This document shows, piece after piece, positions 13,501 through 28,500 of a DNA stretch of 64,000 nucleotides. Position 1 is the first letter of the stretch, and every line of letters begins with the position of its first letter. The notes under the pieces are model-generated. The model ran no database searches. It saw nothing but the letters and a program-made list of their open reading frames with translations, and was not told the origin of the DNA. Made by a program: the position numbers and the translations under genes. The stretch is from Antedon mediterranea (taxonomy: Eukaryota > Animalia > Echinodermata), in the NCBI RefSeq assembly GCF_964355755.1, contig NC_092678.1, positions 2,558,422 to 2,622,421 on the forward strand. The letters are read 5' to 3'.

Positions 13501-16500
13501 GTAGAACTACAGTGGCGGATCCTGTGGCTGGGGCCACTTCTTCCCCTTGGATCTGCCACTGAACTATATGGTTTAAAATATCTGCAAACCCACAACAGCT
13601 AATAACATCATTCATTGAATAAGTCATACAAATGTAGAAGGAATATGGTAAATGATAAATAATTTTATTTGTACAGATCCTTCGTTGAGTGTCTTGGACA
13701 GCATAAACTATTTGGAATCTCTCGTCGTTGGTGTGAACCGATTATGGAATGAAGAAGAAGTGAATAAATACATTGATGATGTCACCTCAGAAGCCAGTCA
13801 AATTATTGACCTTGATAATGCGGCAGAATGGCAACAGGTAGGTACTGGGGAGGTCTGCATTATACAGGTAGGTACTGGGGAGGTCTGCATTATACAAGTA
13901 GGTACTGGTGGGGGGCGGGGTCTGCATTGTTCAAAAAGTAGTTGTGATAAAAGCAGTTGTCTTTTGTGTGTGTTATGTTTATAACATTCACATTCATAAT
14001 GTGTTTTTCCTTTGATTTCAAGGCAGATGATTCTGAAGTGATACATTTGATAGACATAATGGAGAAATTTGCCTTGGATCTTTTGACTGTAGGAAATTCA
14101 TTTCATATTGTAAAGAAAAATTTAGGTAGGTTGCATAACAATAACTCTATCCTCTTCATGTATTATCAATCAATGAAGTCTTGATGTCACTCTATCCTCT
14201 TCATGGATTATCAATCAATGAAGTCTTGATGTCACTCTATCCTCTTCATGGATTATCAATCAATGAAGTCTTGATTTAATTTGTTATTATCCAACAGATA
14301 TGTATGTCTCTAGTCATATAGTGAACTCTGATTTGGCAGAATCTGGATTACCAGTTAACCAGTTAGTCTCCTTGTCACCAACCAACTTCCAAAACCTGGA
14401 AACATCAGGTCAGTTGTAACTTCACTAAAGCAAATCACATTTAGATATGCATCAAAGTCCATTGCGGTTAGTATAACAGATATGCATTATCATGGTTAGT
14501 CCACAGTCAAATAAGTACCAATTAAGTACAAAAATAAGTAATTTAGGCAACACAAAATAAGTATGCATCGCACGCTACTAGTCAAGCTAGTGCTGCGGTC
14601 ATACAGTGCTGCGATCAGATAAGCTCTACAGTCAGACAGTGCTGCGGTCAGATAGGGATGTGGTCAGACAATTGCTGGATCAGACAAGCTTTACAGTTAG
14701 ACAGTGCTGTGGTCAGATAGGGATGTGGTCAGACAATTGCTGTGGTCAGATCAGCACTGTGGTCAGACAAGCGCTGTGATCAGACAATTGTTACGATCGG
14801 TTATACACATGCCAGAATGATTGTGTTATCTCAATCTCTATCACTTTATTTTATCACTTTTTTCTCTTGACAGTCGACTCTGAATTGGGTGTTGCTACTT
14901 TGCAGTTTAACAATATAGATATGTGGATCAAACCAACATCAAATATAACAGAGTAAAGTATACAATTAAACATCAGATGTATTTGTATTTATATACAGTA
15001 AATAAATGGCTTAATACATGATTAAGTAGTCGCGAAGGCTTCAAAGCTCTGTGTACACTATCAAATTAGTTTGACAAAACTGTGATGTGCCCCAATATGG
15101 TAGTAATATTCTCAAATATGGTAGTAATGACATCATGTCCATATATGGGCACATCACATTTTTTTGTCACATAAAGTTTGATAGTGTAGACAGAGCTTTA
15201 ATCATAAGTTTCTTGTACACATTTTTTGTTGTTGCAATATGATAACACATCATCCATAATTGGAGCTAATTGTGCCAATAACATTGAAGTATTCTTTATT
15301 GTGATCATGTCATGATGTTACAAACATTTTTTCAGTTTCTTGAAGAAAATAACAAATATTTATTTGTTTTTTAAATAGGTCTGGAGATTCAAACTTTACT
15401 TTGATAAATAGCAAGTTGCTATCGATAGCAACGTATCCACATCTTACAACCATATTCACTGACATTGATGTCGAGTTAAAGCTTGTCAAACTTCACAATG
15501 AGACGAATGAAGAGAAAAAGATTGAACTGCTATGTTCGTTCCTGGACATCAACCAAACAAAGTGTGTTTGATTTAATCACGCAAGTAATATACTTTACTG
15601 TTTCAGGAATAAGGCCAGACTGAGGTATCAACCCTTTTTAAAGTATATAAGCCTCGCTTCATACAATTTGGAATTGAATATTAAGTTACCCACTTGCCCC
15701 AACGATAGGAGTGGAGTAGAGTAAGTGTACTTATGCTATGCCTACACTTTAATTGGTGTGTTCATCACAGTGCCAACAAAAAAATGTGCACAAGAAACTG
15801 ATGATTAAAGCTCTGTCTACACTATCAAACTTCATGTGACAACAAAATGTGATGTGCCCATTTATGGACATGATGATGTCATATTATTACCATATTCGGG
15901 CATGTCACACTTTTTTAATCAAACTAGTTTGGTAGTGTTAGGCCTCATATTGCTTATGATTTTGATTTCCAAAATTGTTTAACTGCTTGGCAATGTTCGT
16001 AATTACACCTCTCTTCTTGACACCCCACTCTTCCAATCCAATACTATAACATTGATTATAAAATGGTTTGCATTGCAAGGTCTTCTGAGAATTTGTGGTC
16101 TCAACGTGGCTGTCATTTAATCAATTCTGACGGGCTCTATATCTTGTGTAAGTGTAATCATCTCACAGCATTTGGTGTCTTGATGCGAGTCACTGATGTC
16201 CCGGTAAGTAACATACGTTTTGATGATTAGGTATAATATTTGATTATTTAGTTCTTGACTTTATACCCATTTGAACTAATATCCAGGGGACAGCCTTGAG
16301 GGGACAGCCTTGAGGGGACAGCCTTGAGGGGACAGCCTTGAGGGGACTAGTAAATGCAAGGCAAGCTTTTTTACTTGATTCCCACTGCAATGTTTCCTGT
16401 ATACAATGAATAGAGATGTTCTAATGAACTACTTAACTGAAGAAAGATTAACTTTGTAGACATTGAATTAGATGTTTCTCTCATCCATGTTCATAGCTTG

Positions 16501-19500
16501 TAGTGGAATTACGTTTTTAAAATTGTATACGTCCTTTAGGCACATGGATTATCAATAGTAATTTAATCTCTGTGGTAATCCCCCTAAAAGGCTGGGGCTA
16601 TTTTGTAAAACAGTTCACTGGAGTAACCCCCTAATCGTCTCAAATGGTGAACTTGGTGCACACTGTGTACACTGGACCTATGGAGTATACAATAGTCCTT
16701 ATCTGAGAAGACTTGAGACAGCCTTAAACCCATGCCAAAGTTGTTGGACAGACATATACACTCACATTACCAAAACTATTGCCTTACCTATGATAATATA
16801 CATGCATTATTTTATGTGTTTGTTTCTAACAGATGGATCCAATACATGAGGAAATACTGAGCTGGATCACTACTGTGTGTTGCTACCTGTCACTCACTTG
16901 TCTTCTGGCTGCATTTGTCATATTTGTCTTATTCAGGTAAAAACTGTAGGCCTACTGGTGGCAACATTTTATTATGTATAATTTGTTGCAATGTATATAA
17001 AGGTGGTCACAATTCAATCTTATTTATTACTTATTAAATGAGAACCTCTTGTTCCAATCTCAAATTCAAATTGATTATAACTTAAGGCTGTCCTGTACAC
17101 CGTTAAAGACCCCTCCCTACAATTTGTGACGTTTTGTAAAAATAATACATATATATTACTTTAAAAACATTAAACCAGGTCATTCCTTGTCTTAAATGTA
17201 CGTTGTATGGTAAATTATGATAAAAAGTGAGAAACAATGCACTACCTAAGTAGCTCGCGGCGAATGACCTCTGGTGGATGGTCTTTAGGCCTAGCCTAGC
17301 TAGGCTTAGTTTTGTAGGCCTAGCTGGTAAACATCGGTAACGTACGAACATCGTACGCTAGCTATATACCTAGCCTGACGTTGTATAGTTGCTGCATTAT
17401 TTGTCTTTCTATATTTGCCAGACTCCGTAGATACAAATTGTGGAAAGACCGGTATTTTTGCTGAAAAGTTAGGAATCTTCCATTTGCTTTGGCCTCACGA
17501 TCGATCAAAAAGAAGGAAGAAACACAAAAATATCAATCCGCGCGAAAAAATTTATCGCAATAGGACCATATATTATTATTTTTACATTAAATATAGTTTG
17601 TGATCTTAAATTAGATCTAAAAAACGTAGGAAAGGGGTCTCTAATTTGCGCCATACAAAACCAATCTTCTTTATGGAGGAAGAGTGGAAAATGATTTTTA
17701 AAGTTAAAGAAAGTTTATTTCATTCTTTTTTGAATGAATTACCAACTAAAAATTAAACAGGAGGTAGCATTTTGTGTTGCCCTTAAATTTAACAGGAGGT
17801 AGCATTTTGTGTTGCCCTTAAATTTAACAGGAGGTAGCATTTTGTGTTGCCCTTAAATTGAAAAAAGCACTAGCGTGAATGTCACAAAATAATTATAAGA
17901 ATAGGATTAAATTCTTCAAATAGTTTATAACAATTTTTCAGAAATTTACTTGGAGATCAGTTTATTATTCACAAAAACTTGATAGCATCTTTATTTTGTG
18001 CTCAACTTCTTTATGTCACCGGAATAGGAGCAACAAATAATGAGGTATGTTTATGTGTTCATTTGTTTTTAAAAGATAATTTGTGCTTCGCACAAATGAA
18101 CCATAGTCAGACAAATATTTTAATTCTGGCCCTGCTTAATTTGTACCAAATTTATGAAAATATTTGTCATTAATATGTTAACTTGCTTATGTATGTTTAC
18201 CAAATGCCAGATAACCTGATAAGGAACTGATTTGATGAGAAGGCATGGTGTCCAAGTAAGGGGTCCAATAAAGCGGACCAAGGGATTTTCAGTACAAAGA
18301 CTAGAGACATTTGCTGAGATATAAATGTTAGTTAATGGTCTCATTGCAGATAGTGTGTAAATTGATTGCGATTTCTTTACATTTCTTTTACACTGTGTCA
18401 TTTTGCTGGATGCTCATTGAGGGTGTTAACTTGTATTTTAAGTTGGTAAAAGTTTTCAATAACAACAACAGGTTTCCTTACTACTACATCATTGGATGGG
18501 GTAAGTCAATGTAGAATATTTGTGTTGTCCTGAAATTCCACTCTGTTGATATTCTTTGTTCAGCTAATGTGGTCTATACAAACTTTAATTAACGCAATTG
18601 CATCATCTCTAGATAATGTCCTGAGATTCCATTATCATACGAGGTAGATTAAAATTAATATGTCATGTAACGCAAAAAAGTGAGTGAAGTAAAACTGTTT
18701 ATGGCCAACGTCTCGTCGTGAACGACAATGTCAATTAGTTTTACATTCATCTGAATGATGGATGAAACTAAGCCAGGACTGATTAAAGCACCTTGATTGG
18801 TTCTAACATTGATCAAAGGCTTCTCTTGTCCAGTGCCCACCTTGACCAGAGGAAAGGCATGGGCCAATACGTCTGAGGCAGATACTAGATGCAGGGGCTG
18901 CCATAAGATTTCAAATGCCTACCGGGACCCCAGCTCCACCAGCACCCGATATTCTCCCATCCAAGCTCATAACCAGGTCCAACATTGCTTAACTTTGGTA
19001 ATCTGACAAGAACCGTTGTTCCAACATAAAGTAAACTATGCTTAAAGTAAATATACTATATATTTACAGTTCAAATGAAAAACCAGAAATTATTAAAACG
19101 GACAGAATAAAAATGTGCAAGTGTTCGGTTCAAAATCTTTTATTAGTCTAGTTAATTTTTAGGATAAAGTAATTGGGAACATTAATGTGCATGTAATTTC
19201 TTACAAAGGCAAAAAAAAAATTATACTAAAAACAACAACCTAAAAAAATAATAATGTTTTTGGCCGGACCGATTTTGCTGTGACATATACACCAGTTTTT
19301 ATATATGATTTTAAAGATTCTGATTTAATTTTTCCAGATACTATAAAGTTTTGATTTTAATAATATTAAACATGTTAGCATACTCTAATTTCATTAACAT
19401 AAGTATAATTTTTAAACATATAACTAGTTATGTATTGACCCTGGAATTTTGTGCTACAAATTCACCTGATTCAATAACTTATGACGTTGCTATACAACCA

Positions 19501-22500
19501 TCTAAGTTTAATAATACATCTATACTCCTTTCTGCTTTGTTTAATAATTGAATATTTTAACACTGTTATCTTTATCAGCTACTGCTATCATTTGTGGTCT
19601 GTTGGAAATTACAGTGATTCCAGCTGGATTTTTTAGTGCATCATTAAAATCATTTATTCGTTTTAAGAAGATACCATTTCTGTCAAATAACTGCAGTTTA
19701 TTCATACTGGATATTATTATGTTTTCATTCATGTCCGTTACTATAGCACAAGGATACAAAACATTTCCATCTTCTTTACCTTTATTTACAAGAATTTTAA
19801 CTAAAGTACCATTTGCATCAAACACTTGTATTCTATGATGACTACGGTCAGTAACCATTAAATGACCACCTCTGGTTAAAGTGATATCATATGGATGGAA
19901 TTTACCTGCACCCTGGAATCCTATCTTACCCAACATGCTGCCATCCTCAACATTAAATTTACAAACACAATGAAGGTGAATGTCTGCAACATACAGAACT
20001 TCATTTTTTACCTTCAAACCCATCGGCCATTCTAATATTCCCTTACCAAATTGAGTATGCTCTTCAAATTTATTATTAAGCATCACAACCATCTTTCTTT
20101 GTATATCACTGTACACAATGTGACCATTACCCATGTTATGCATTCTACTGATCATGGCATTTTGTGCCAGTTTGATATTGGCAACAAATTCACCTGATTT
20201 GGTAAACTTCAATAACTCATTGCAGTCACTTGATACTAATAAACAACCATCTGAGTCTAACACTCCATCTGATATTTTGTATTCAATATGTTTGTGTGCT
20301 GCAATGGTTTGTACTAGTCCTATTGGTTCTACTTTGATTTTCACTGGTGTTCCTTTAAAGTGTGCTACTCCAGCAGTGACCTCCATCTTCCAGTCACCTA
20401 CCTTATCACATCTTCCTTTTATTCTGTACTCTCCATTTCCCATGTCTTCTACCTCAGTGGCAGTTTTTTCACCTGATGGAGTTATCAGAGTAGCAGCTAC
20501 TTTACATGTATCATTTTTATCCAGACATTCTGCTTTCACTACAAATGTTTGTTCCTTTGATACTGTAATGGATCTATCATCTTTGTCAAGGATGAACCTG
20601 TTATCAACACTTGCGATTTCACCAAGGCCTTTTGTTAGCGCATCATCCAGTTCGATATTAAATGTGAAGTTTGGTTTGAGATTATTTCCACAAGATGAGT
20701 ATCTGGAATTCATTTCCTTTATGTTTTGGTTGACTGCATGGATATTTGTATTGATATCATCAAGTGTTTTTGTCTTTTCTGGTTTGTTCATTGTTTCTAA
20801 ACTTGACCTCTTCAGACTTTGCACTTCCATTTGATGTGATTCTAGCTCTTTCACTTGACCTTCGATGGCATCATTCCTTTGCTTACATACATCTTCAAGA
20901 TCCAACAATAGTTTTTTTGTTTCTTCTTCAACTTTAGAAACAATAGTTTCTTTATGCATGTTAATAACATCTCTGATCATCTTTACATGTGATTCAAAGT
21001 CTGCTTTGTCATCCATTATAGAATGAAATGTATTCTCTAATTCCTGTTTGACATCTTCAGCTGACCTGATCACTTCTGTTACTTGTTTGTTAAATGCTTC
21101 TATAGCATCACTCATTCCTATCATATCATGATGATCTTTATAACAGCTCATAACGCATTTCTTACATACACTTTTTGTACAAGTTGTACAAAATCTTTCT
21201 ACTGTGTTATCTGGATGGTCTTGGCAACAAGTACCTTTTACTTCTTGACTTGACATCTGTAAAATACAGTATGCAAATACGGTTCTGGTTTTAATTAACA
21301 GGCCCATTAACAGGGTGTGGGGAGAGGGAGGGGTTCAAGGGGTTCGAACAAACCCCACCATTTGCTAGCTGGCTGTGCTTGGCAAAAAAATAATAGAGAA
21401 AAAAGAATAAAAAGCAATTAAAAAGAAAAAGTTAATTAGATATTTAAAAAATGTAAGAAAGCACAGAGGAGTATAAAGTAGAGGGGAGAATTGAGGCCCC
21501 GTCTGCCTATAGAGTGTCTGAGTACATTTGAAAAATTGTAGTTTGTGTCCACAATCACTTTTATTTGCACCCTAAACTAAATAACAATGTTAAATATAGT
21601 TTATTTACCTTATTTCTTGAATGTCTTCTTCTTGCATAGACAACATACACTATGGGCACGGTGGCTTCACAATGAATGACGTTGCATTTAGTACTTCCTT
21701 TATTATCAACAATAGGACTTCCTGATATACTATGACATGCCAGTACGGTCATAATTATATCTAGTTTATAATCATTACACAAAACTACCTATCAAGTATA
21801 TTACCATAATTTTTAGGGCCGACCTTGATAATTCTTTTACAACTGGTTATTTAGTAATTTATTATATTTTTTATAGATTTGAAATAAAAATAACCTTATG
21901 AAGGACATCTGTAATTTAGACCTAGATATAGTTTACATAGCACTTACATCATGTTTTCCCATCAAGTCATCTGGAAGATTTTTAAAACCCAACATATTGT
22001 ACTACAAAACAAATAAATATATATGTACAAAAGCATTGATATATCAATGGCCATGGTGTTTTACTCACTGAGATAGCCGTTATTTTTTAAATACATTATG
22101 ATCCAAGGATAGCTGTAATTAATTAAAACTTCATTGATGCGATCAGTCAATACTTTTGTTCGGCTGCCGAAACTAAACACTGTTTGAATTTGGTGGCTCG
22201 GCAAATGTCAATCTTCAGATAAGGTTATACAATGTTATGTTGAGAATATTTAGAAATACACGCGCAACAAAATTCGTGGAAAGAAAAAAGAATAAGATAG
22301 AAGAAAAAAAAGATCCTGACAATAACAAGTGGTTATACACCAATGGCGGATAACCAATAATTGTTTGTGAATGCAATACAACCACCATTTTTACTAGTTC
22401 AAACTAAAATTGCAAATACTGTTATTTTTGTAGCCTTTTGATATTGAACATCTAATCAAAATAGATAGGTTGAGTTAAAATGAAATGAATTACTCCAAGT

Positions 22501-25500
22501 AGCAAGGAAAGGTTAGACAACTTTACCTTATTTTGTTCTTCTTGTCCAGTGCCCACCTTGACCAGAGGAAAGGCATGGGCCAATACGTCTGAGGCAGATA
22601 CTAGATGCAAGGGCTGCAATAAGAGTCAGCAGTGCTGATTTCAAATGCCTAGCGGGACCCCAGCTCCATATACAGCACACGATATTCCCAGATGGTCTCC
22701 CATCAAAGTTCTAAACAGGCCCAACATTGCTTAACTTCGGTGATCTGACGAGAACCGGTGTTCCAACGTGAAGTGTGCTTAAAGTAAAATATACTAAATA
22801 TTACAGTTCAAACGAAAAACCAGAGATTATTAAAATGGGCAGAATAAAAATGTGCAAGAAACATAAATGGGTGTTCAGTTCAAAATCTTTTATTAGTCTA
22901 GTTAATTTGTAGGATAAAGTAAATTAGGAAAATTAAGGTGCGTGTAATTTCTTACAAAGGAAAAAAAAATATGATCAACAACTTAAAAAAATAATAATGT
23001 TTTTGGTAGGACCGATTTTGCCGTGACATATACACAAGTTTCACATTTAATTTTTTCAGATACTATAAAGTTTTGATTTTAATAATATTAAACATGTTAG
23101 CATACTCTAATTACATTAACATAAGTATAATTTTTAAACATATAACTAGTTGTGTATTGACCCTGGAATTTTGTGCCAATTTTATATTGGCTACAAATTC
23201 AGCTGAATCAGTAACTTATTACGTTGCCTAATATACCACCATCTGATTCTACATCTGTACTCCTTTCTGCTTTGTTTAATAATTTAATATTTTAACACTG
23301 CTATCTTTATCAGCTACTGCTATGGTTTGTGGTCTATTAAAAATTACAGTGATTCCAGTTGGATACTTTAGTCCATCATCAAAATCATCTATTCGTTTTA
23401 AGAAGATACGATTTCTATCAAATAACTGCAGTTTATTCATACTGGATATTATTATGTTTTCATCCATGTCCGTTACTATAGCACAAGGATAGAAAACATT
23501 TCCATCTTCTTTGCCTTCACTTGCAAGTGTTTTAACAAAAGTACCATTTGCATCAAACACTTGTATTCTATGATTACGACGGTTAGTAACCATTAAATGA
23601 CCACCTCTGGTTAAAGTGATATCATGAGGATGGAATTGACCTGCGCCCTTGAATTCTATCTTACTCAACAGGCTGCCATCCTCAACATTAAATTTACAAA
23701 CACAATGAAGGTGAATGTCTGCAACGTACAGAACTTCATTTTTTACCTTCAAACCCATCGGCCATTCTAATATTCCCTTACCAAATTGAGTGGATTCTTT
23801 AAATTTATCATTAAGCATCACAACAATCTGTCTTCCTGTATCACTGTACACAATGTGACCATTACCCATGTTATGCATGCTACTGACCATGGCATCTTGT
23901 GCCAATTCAATATTGGCAACAAATTCACCCGATTTGGAAAACTTTAATAACTCATTACAATAGCTTGATACTAATATACAACCATCTGAGTCTAACACTA
24001 CATCTGATATTTTATGTTCCTTATTATCTACTCTGTGTACATTTATGTTATCAATGGTATGTACAAGTCCTATTGGTTCTACTTTGATCTTCACTGGTGA
24101 ACCTTTAAAGTGTGCTACTCCAGCAGTGATCTCCATCTTCCAATTACCTTCCTTATCACATCTTCCTTTTATTCTATACTCTCCACTTCCAATGTCTTCT
24201 ACCTCCATGTTAGTTTTTTCACCTGATGGAGTTATCAGAGTAGCAGCTACTTTACATGTATCACTTTTATCCAGACTTTCTGCTTTAACTTAAAGTTTAC
24301 TTTGTTAGTTTAATGGATCTATCATCTTTGTTAATGATGAACCTGTTATCAACACTTGTGATTTCACCAAGGCCTTTTGTGAGAGCATCATCCAGGTCTG
24401 TATTAAATCTAAAGTTTGGTTTAAGATTGGTTGTGCAAGATAAAAATATGGAATTCATTTTCTTGACGTTTTGTTTTACTGCATTGATATCAGTCTTGAT
24501 ATCATTAAATGTTTTCGTCTTCTCTGGTTGGTTCATTGTTTCTGAACTTGACGTCTTCAGACTTTGCACTTCCATTTGGTGTGATTCTAGCTCTTTCACT
24601 TGACCTTTAATGGCCTCATTCTTTTGCTTACATACATTTTCAAGATCCAACAATAGTTGTTTCGTTTCTTCTTCAATCTTAGAAACAATGGTTTCTTTAT
24701 GCATATTAATAACATCTCTGATCATCTTTACATGAGATTCAAAGTCTGCTTTGTCGTCCATTATAGAATGAAATGTATTCTCTAATTCTTGCTTGATATC
24801 TTCAGCTGACCTGATCACTTTAGTTACTTGTTTGTTAAATGCATCTATAGCAATACTCATTCCTATCATATCATGATCTTCTTTATAACAACTCATAAGA
24901 CATTTCTTACATATTGATTAAGTAATATATTCAAGCAAAGAAAAGTTATACCATATATTTGAATATTAAATAATATTTAACAAGTTAATTTTATTCATAT
25001 ATTTTAATGAAAATAACTTTCAATTATACCTACAGTATAAGTAATTTAATCAAACCAGAGGAAGCTTATAAACAATGTCATATAGTGTATTAATCTTATA
25101 CTTAAGAAATAATAACAAAGCAAATGAATAATAAATTCATTCATTCTGAAGACTCTATTTTATTATTTATTAATTATGAAAATTGATGGTTCATTAAAAT
25201 TATAGTAATTTCATATGTTTTAGAAATAGAATATTTTAACATTGTTATCTTTATAATCAAATACTGCTATTGTTTGTGGTCTGTTAGAAATTACAATGAT
25301 TCTAAATGGATATTTTAGCCCATCATCATCAGTATCTATTCGTTTCAAGAAAACACCATTTTTGTCAAATAATTGTACTTTATTATCACTGGATACTATT
25401 ATATTTTCATCCTTGTCCGTTTCTATAGCACAGGGGTGGATAACTTTCCCATCGTTCGGACCTTTACTTACAAGTGTTTTTGTAAAGGTGCCATTTGCAT

Positions 25501-28500
25501 TGATCATTTGGATTCTACTACTACTCCATTCAGTAACCAGTAAATGTCCTTCCCTGGTTAAAGTCACATCATTTGGGCAATCAACGTCATTTCTATTCTC
25601 TAAAAATATCTTACCCAATAGACTACCACCATCAATATCAAATTTACAAACACAATTAGCTTTAATATCTACAACATACAAAACTTGTGTTTTATTGTTT
25701 ACTGTCAAACCTAGTGGACGTTTCAATATTTTTTTACCAAATTGCATACACTCTTCAAATTTATCATTAAGCATCACAACAATATTCCTTTGCCTATCAC
25801 TGTACACAATATGACCATTACCCATGCTATGCATTTTACTAACCTTGGCATTTTCTGCCAGTTTAATATTGGCAACAAATTTACCTGATTTGGTAAACTT
25901 CAATAACTCATTACAGTCACTTGATACTAATATACAACTATCGGAGTTGAACACTACATCTGATACCCCATACCAGATTTGTTTGTGTGTTGCTATTTTA
26001 ATGTTATCTATAAGTCCAAGTGGTTCAACTTTGATATTCACTGGTGAACCTTTAAAGTGTGCTACTCCAGCAGTGATCTCCATCTTCCAGTCACCTTCCT
26101 TATCACATCTTCCTTTTATTCTATACTCTCCACTTCCCATGTGTTCTACCTCTGTGGCAGTTTGTTTACCTGATGGAGTTATCAGAGTAGCAGCTACTTT
26201 ACATGTATCACTTTTATCCAGACTTTCTGCTTTCACTTCAAATGTTTGTCCCTTTGATACTGTAATGGATCTATCATCTTTTTCAATGATGAACCTGTTA
26301 TCAACACTTGTGATTTCACCAAGGCCTTTTGTTAGAGCATCATCCAGGTCTGAATTAAATGTCACGTTTGGTTTAAGATTATTTGCACAAGATAAATATT
26401 GGGAATTCATTTCCTTTACATTTTTTTTAACTTCATTGATATTTGTATTGAAATCATCAAGTGTTTTTGTTTTTTCTGGTTGGTTCATCGTTTCTGAACT
26501 TGACCTCTTCAGACTTTGCAATTCCATTTGGTGTGATTCTAGCTCTTTCACTTGACCTTCAATGGCATCATTCTTTTGCTTGCATACATTTCCAAGATCC
26601 AACAATAGTTTTTTGGTTTCTTCTTCAACTTTAGAAACAATAGTTTCTTTATGCATTTTAATAACTTCTTTGATCTTCTTTACATGTGATTCAAAGTCTG
26701 CTTTGTCGTCCATTATAGAATGAAATGTATTTTCTAATTCTTGCTTGATATCTTCAGCTGACCTGATCACTTCAGTTACTTGTTTGTTAAATGCATCTAT
26801 AGCATCACTCATTGTTAAGATGTCATGGTGGTCTTTATAACAACTCATAATGCATCTCTTACATACTCTTTTAGTACAAGTTGTACAAAATCTTTCTACT
26901 GTGTTATCTGGATGGTCTTGGCAACAAGTACCTTGCACTTCTTGACTTGACATCTGTAACATTACAAAAGAATGCAAACAATTAATTTTACATTGTGAAG
27001 TATTAGTAAAATTTATGATTTCCTAATTTTAACTAATATTTAATTACATCTAATTATTATACGAAACTTAGAATAGGCCTACAACTTACCTTATTTCCGA
27101 TCCTTACCTTCACAGACAATATTCAGTTAGCGATATAAGTGCGATTTACAATTGATATTTTTGTGTGGTATGCTGACTTCTTTCAAAGTATATACAAATT
27201 ACCAAAGCATAAAAAGATTTCTCATCCGTAAAATTTGAACTTCTAATAGATGAATAGATTGTTTAACTGTTATTGCATACAACAACAATAGTGAAATCAT
27301 TGAGGAAACAAAATATAATATAGCCTATGCCTACTGTAGGCTTGCTGTTTCAGCAATCGTTTCATTCTCCTTTTCTTACTTTACATTTATTTTAAATAAT
27401 TTTGAAGCGGATTACAAATGCAGACTTCAAACATGCAATTTATTACCATTATGTTATAGGCGTCACTTTGTCTTATTTCTTTTTAAGTTATTCAATTCTA
27501 ATTTAATTATTACTGACAATTTATTTAATATTTGTAATCCACATGTTACTTGTAGCTCTTCTTCTGTTGATACTCTTTTTGAAATTTGTTGCTGCAGAAC
27601 AGATTGTTCTTTTCAATCATATATCCCACGTGTTACCAGAATTTGGAATAACTTTACCCGGTGAAATTTGTACCCTATAGATATATCTCAGAAACATCTA
27701 CAAAACAATGCGCCGACTGAATAAATGTTACGGTTCAGTCTGCCAATTTACAAATATTCTCTTCCAGCCCTGGACGTCTATAACGTTATATGGATATTTT
27801 TTTACGATGAAATGGGATCTCAATTTTAATTTAATGGCAGAAAAAACATTTAGTCCTGTATGATGATGTCATGATGATCTTTAAAACAACTTGTAATACA
27901 TTTCTTGTATACACTTATAACAGAATTTATTTTATGGATATTTTTCCCCATAGTGAAAAAAATGTAAATAATCAACCAATTATTAAACCAAATTGTCAGT
28001 AAATAATAATGGTCATACTTGCAGATTCAGCAATGCTTTGTTTGCTAAATATTCTTTATGACATCGGATCAATTGGTTGGGATTCGGTTCCCCCTTCAAT
28101 ATATGGGTTGAATGACTATGTTTTTAAAGATTTTCAGTGGGTAGTGCGTCTCACGTTTGGTACTGTATTATTTGTTGATTCCAACTATACCTCAATGTGT
28201 GACAGATATTTAGTATACAAATAATGAATGAAGAACAGGAAGCAGGCCATTAAAAAGGCAGTGCTCCAACTTTAGATGCAGAGTAGAACAGTTATAGACT
28301 GCGCACACAACACATACTTTTATTTCTGAACTTGATCAGTCAACAATATTGTTTGTTGTCTGTCCATCAATAATGTGTCTGTAGTAATACGGGATATTAC
28401 AGGGCATGGTCGGATGTCACAAAAAGAAACGGCAAAGCACTGTTGGGTTCATATGATTTTATTTGAATACCAAGAAATACAGCAAAACGAAAAAAAAATA

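Noticed and set aside
21609-21782. Possible RING-domain exon upstream of TRIM copy A (one frame has CCLC)
   Set aside because: No C3HC4 spacing in any single frame that splices in phase; treated as UTR or a non-conserved extension.
22671-22770. Functional 5S rRNA gene
   Set aside because: Lacks the first ~14 nt and an oligo-T terminator, has substitutions, and is not in a tandem rDNA array.
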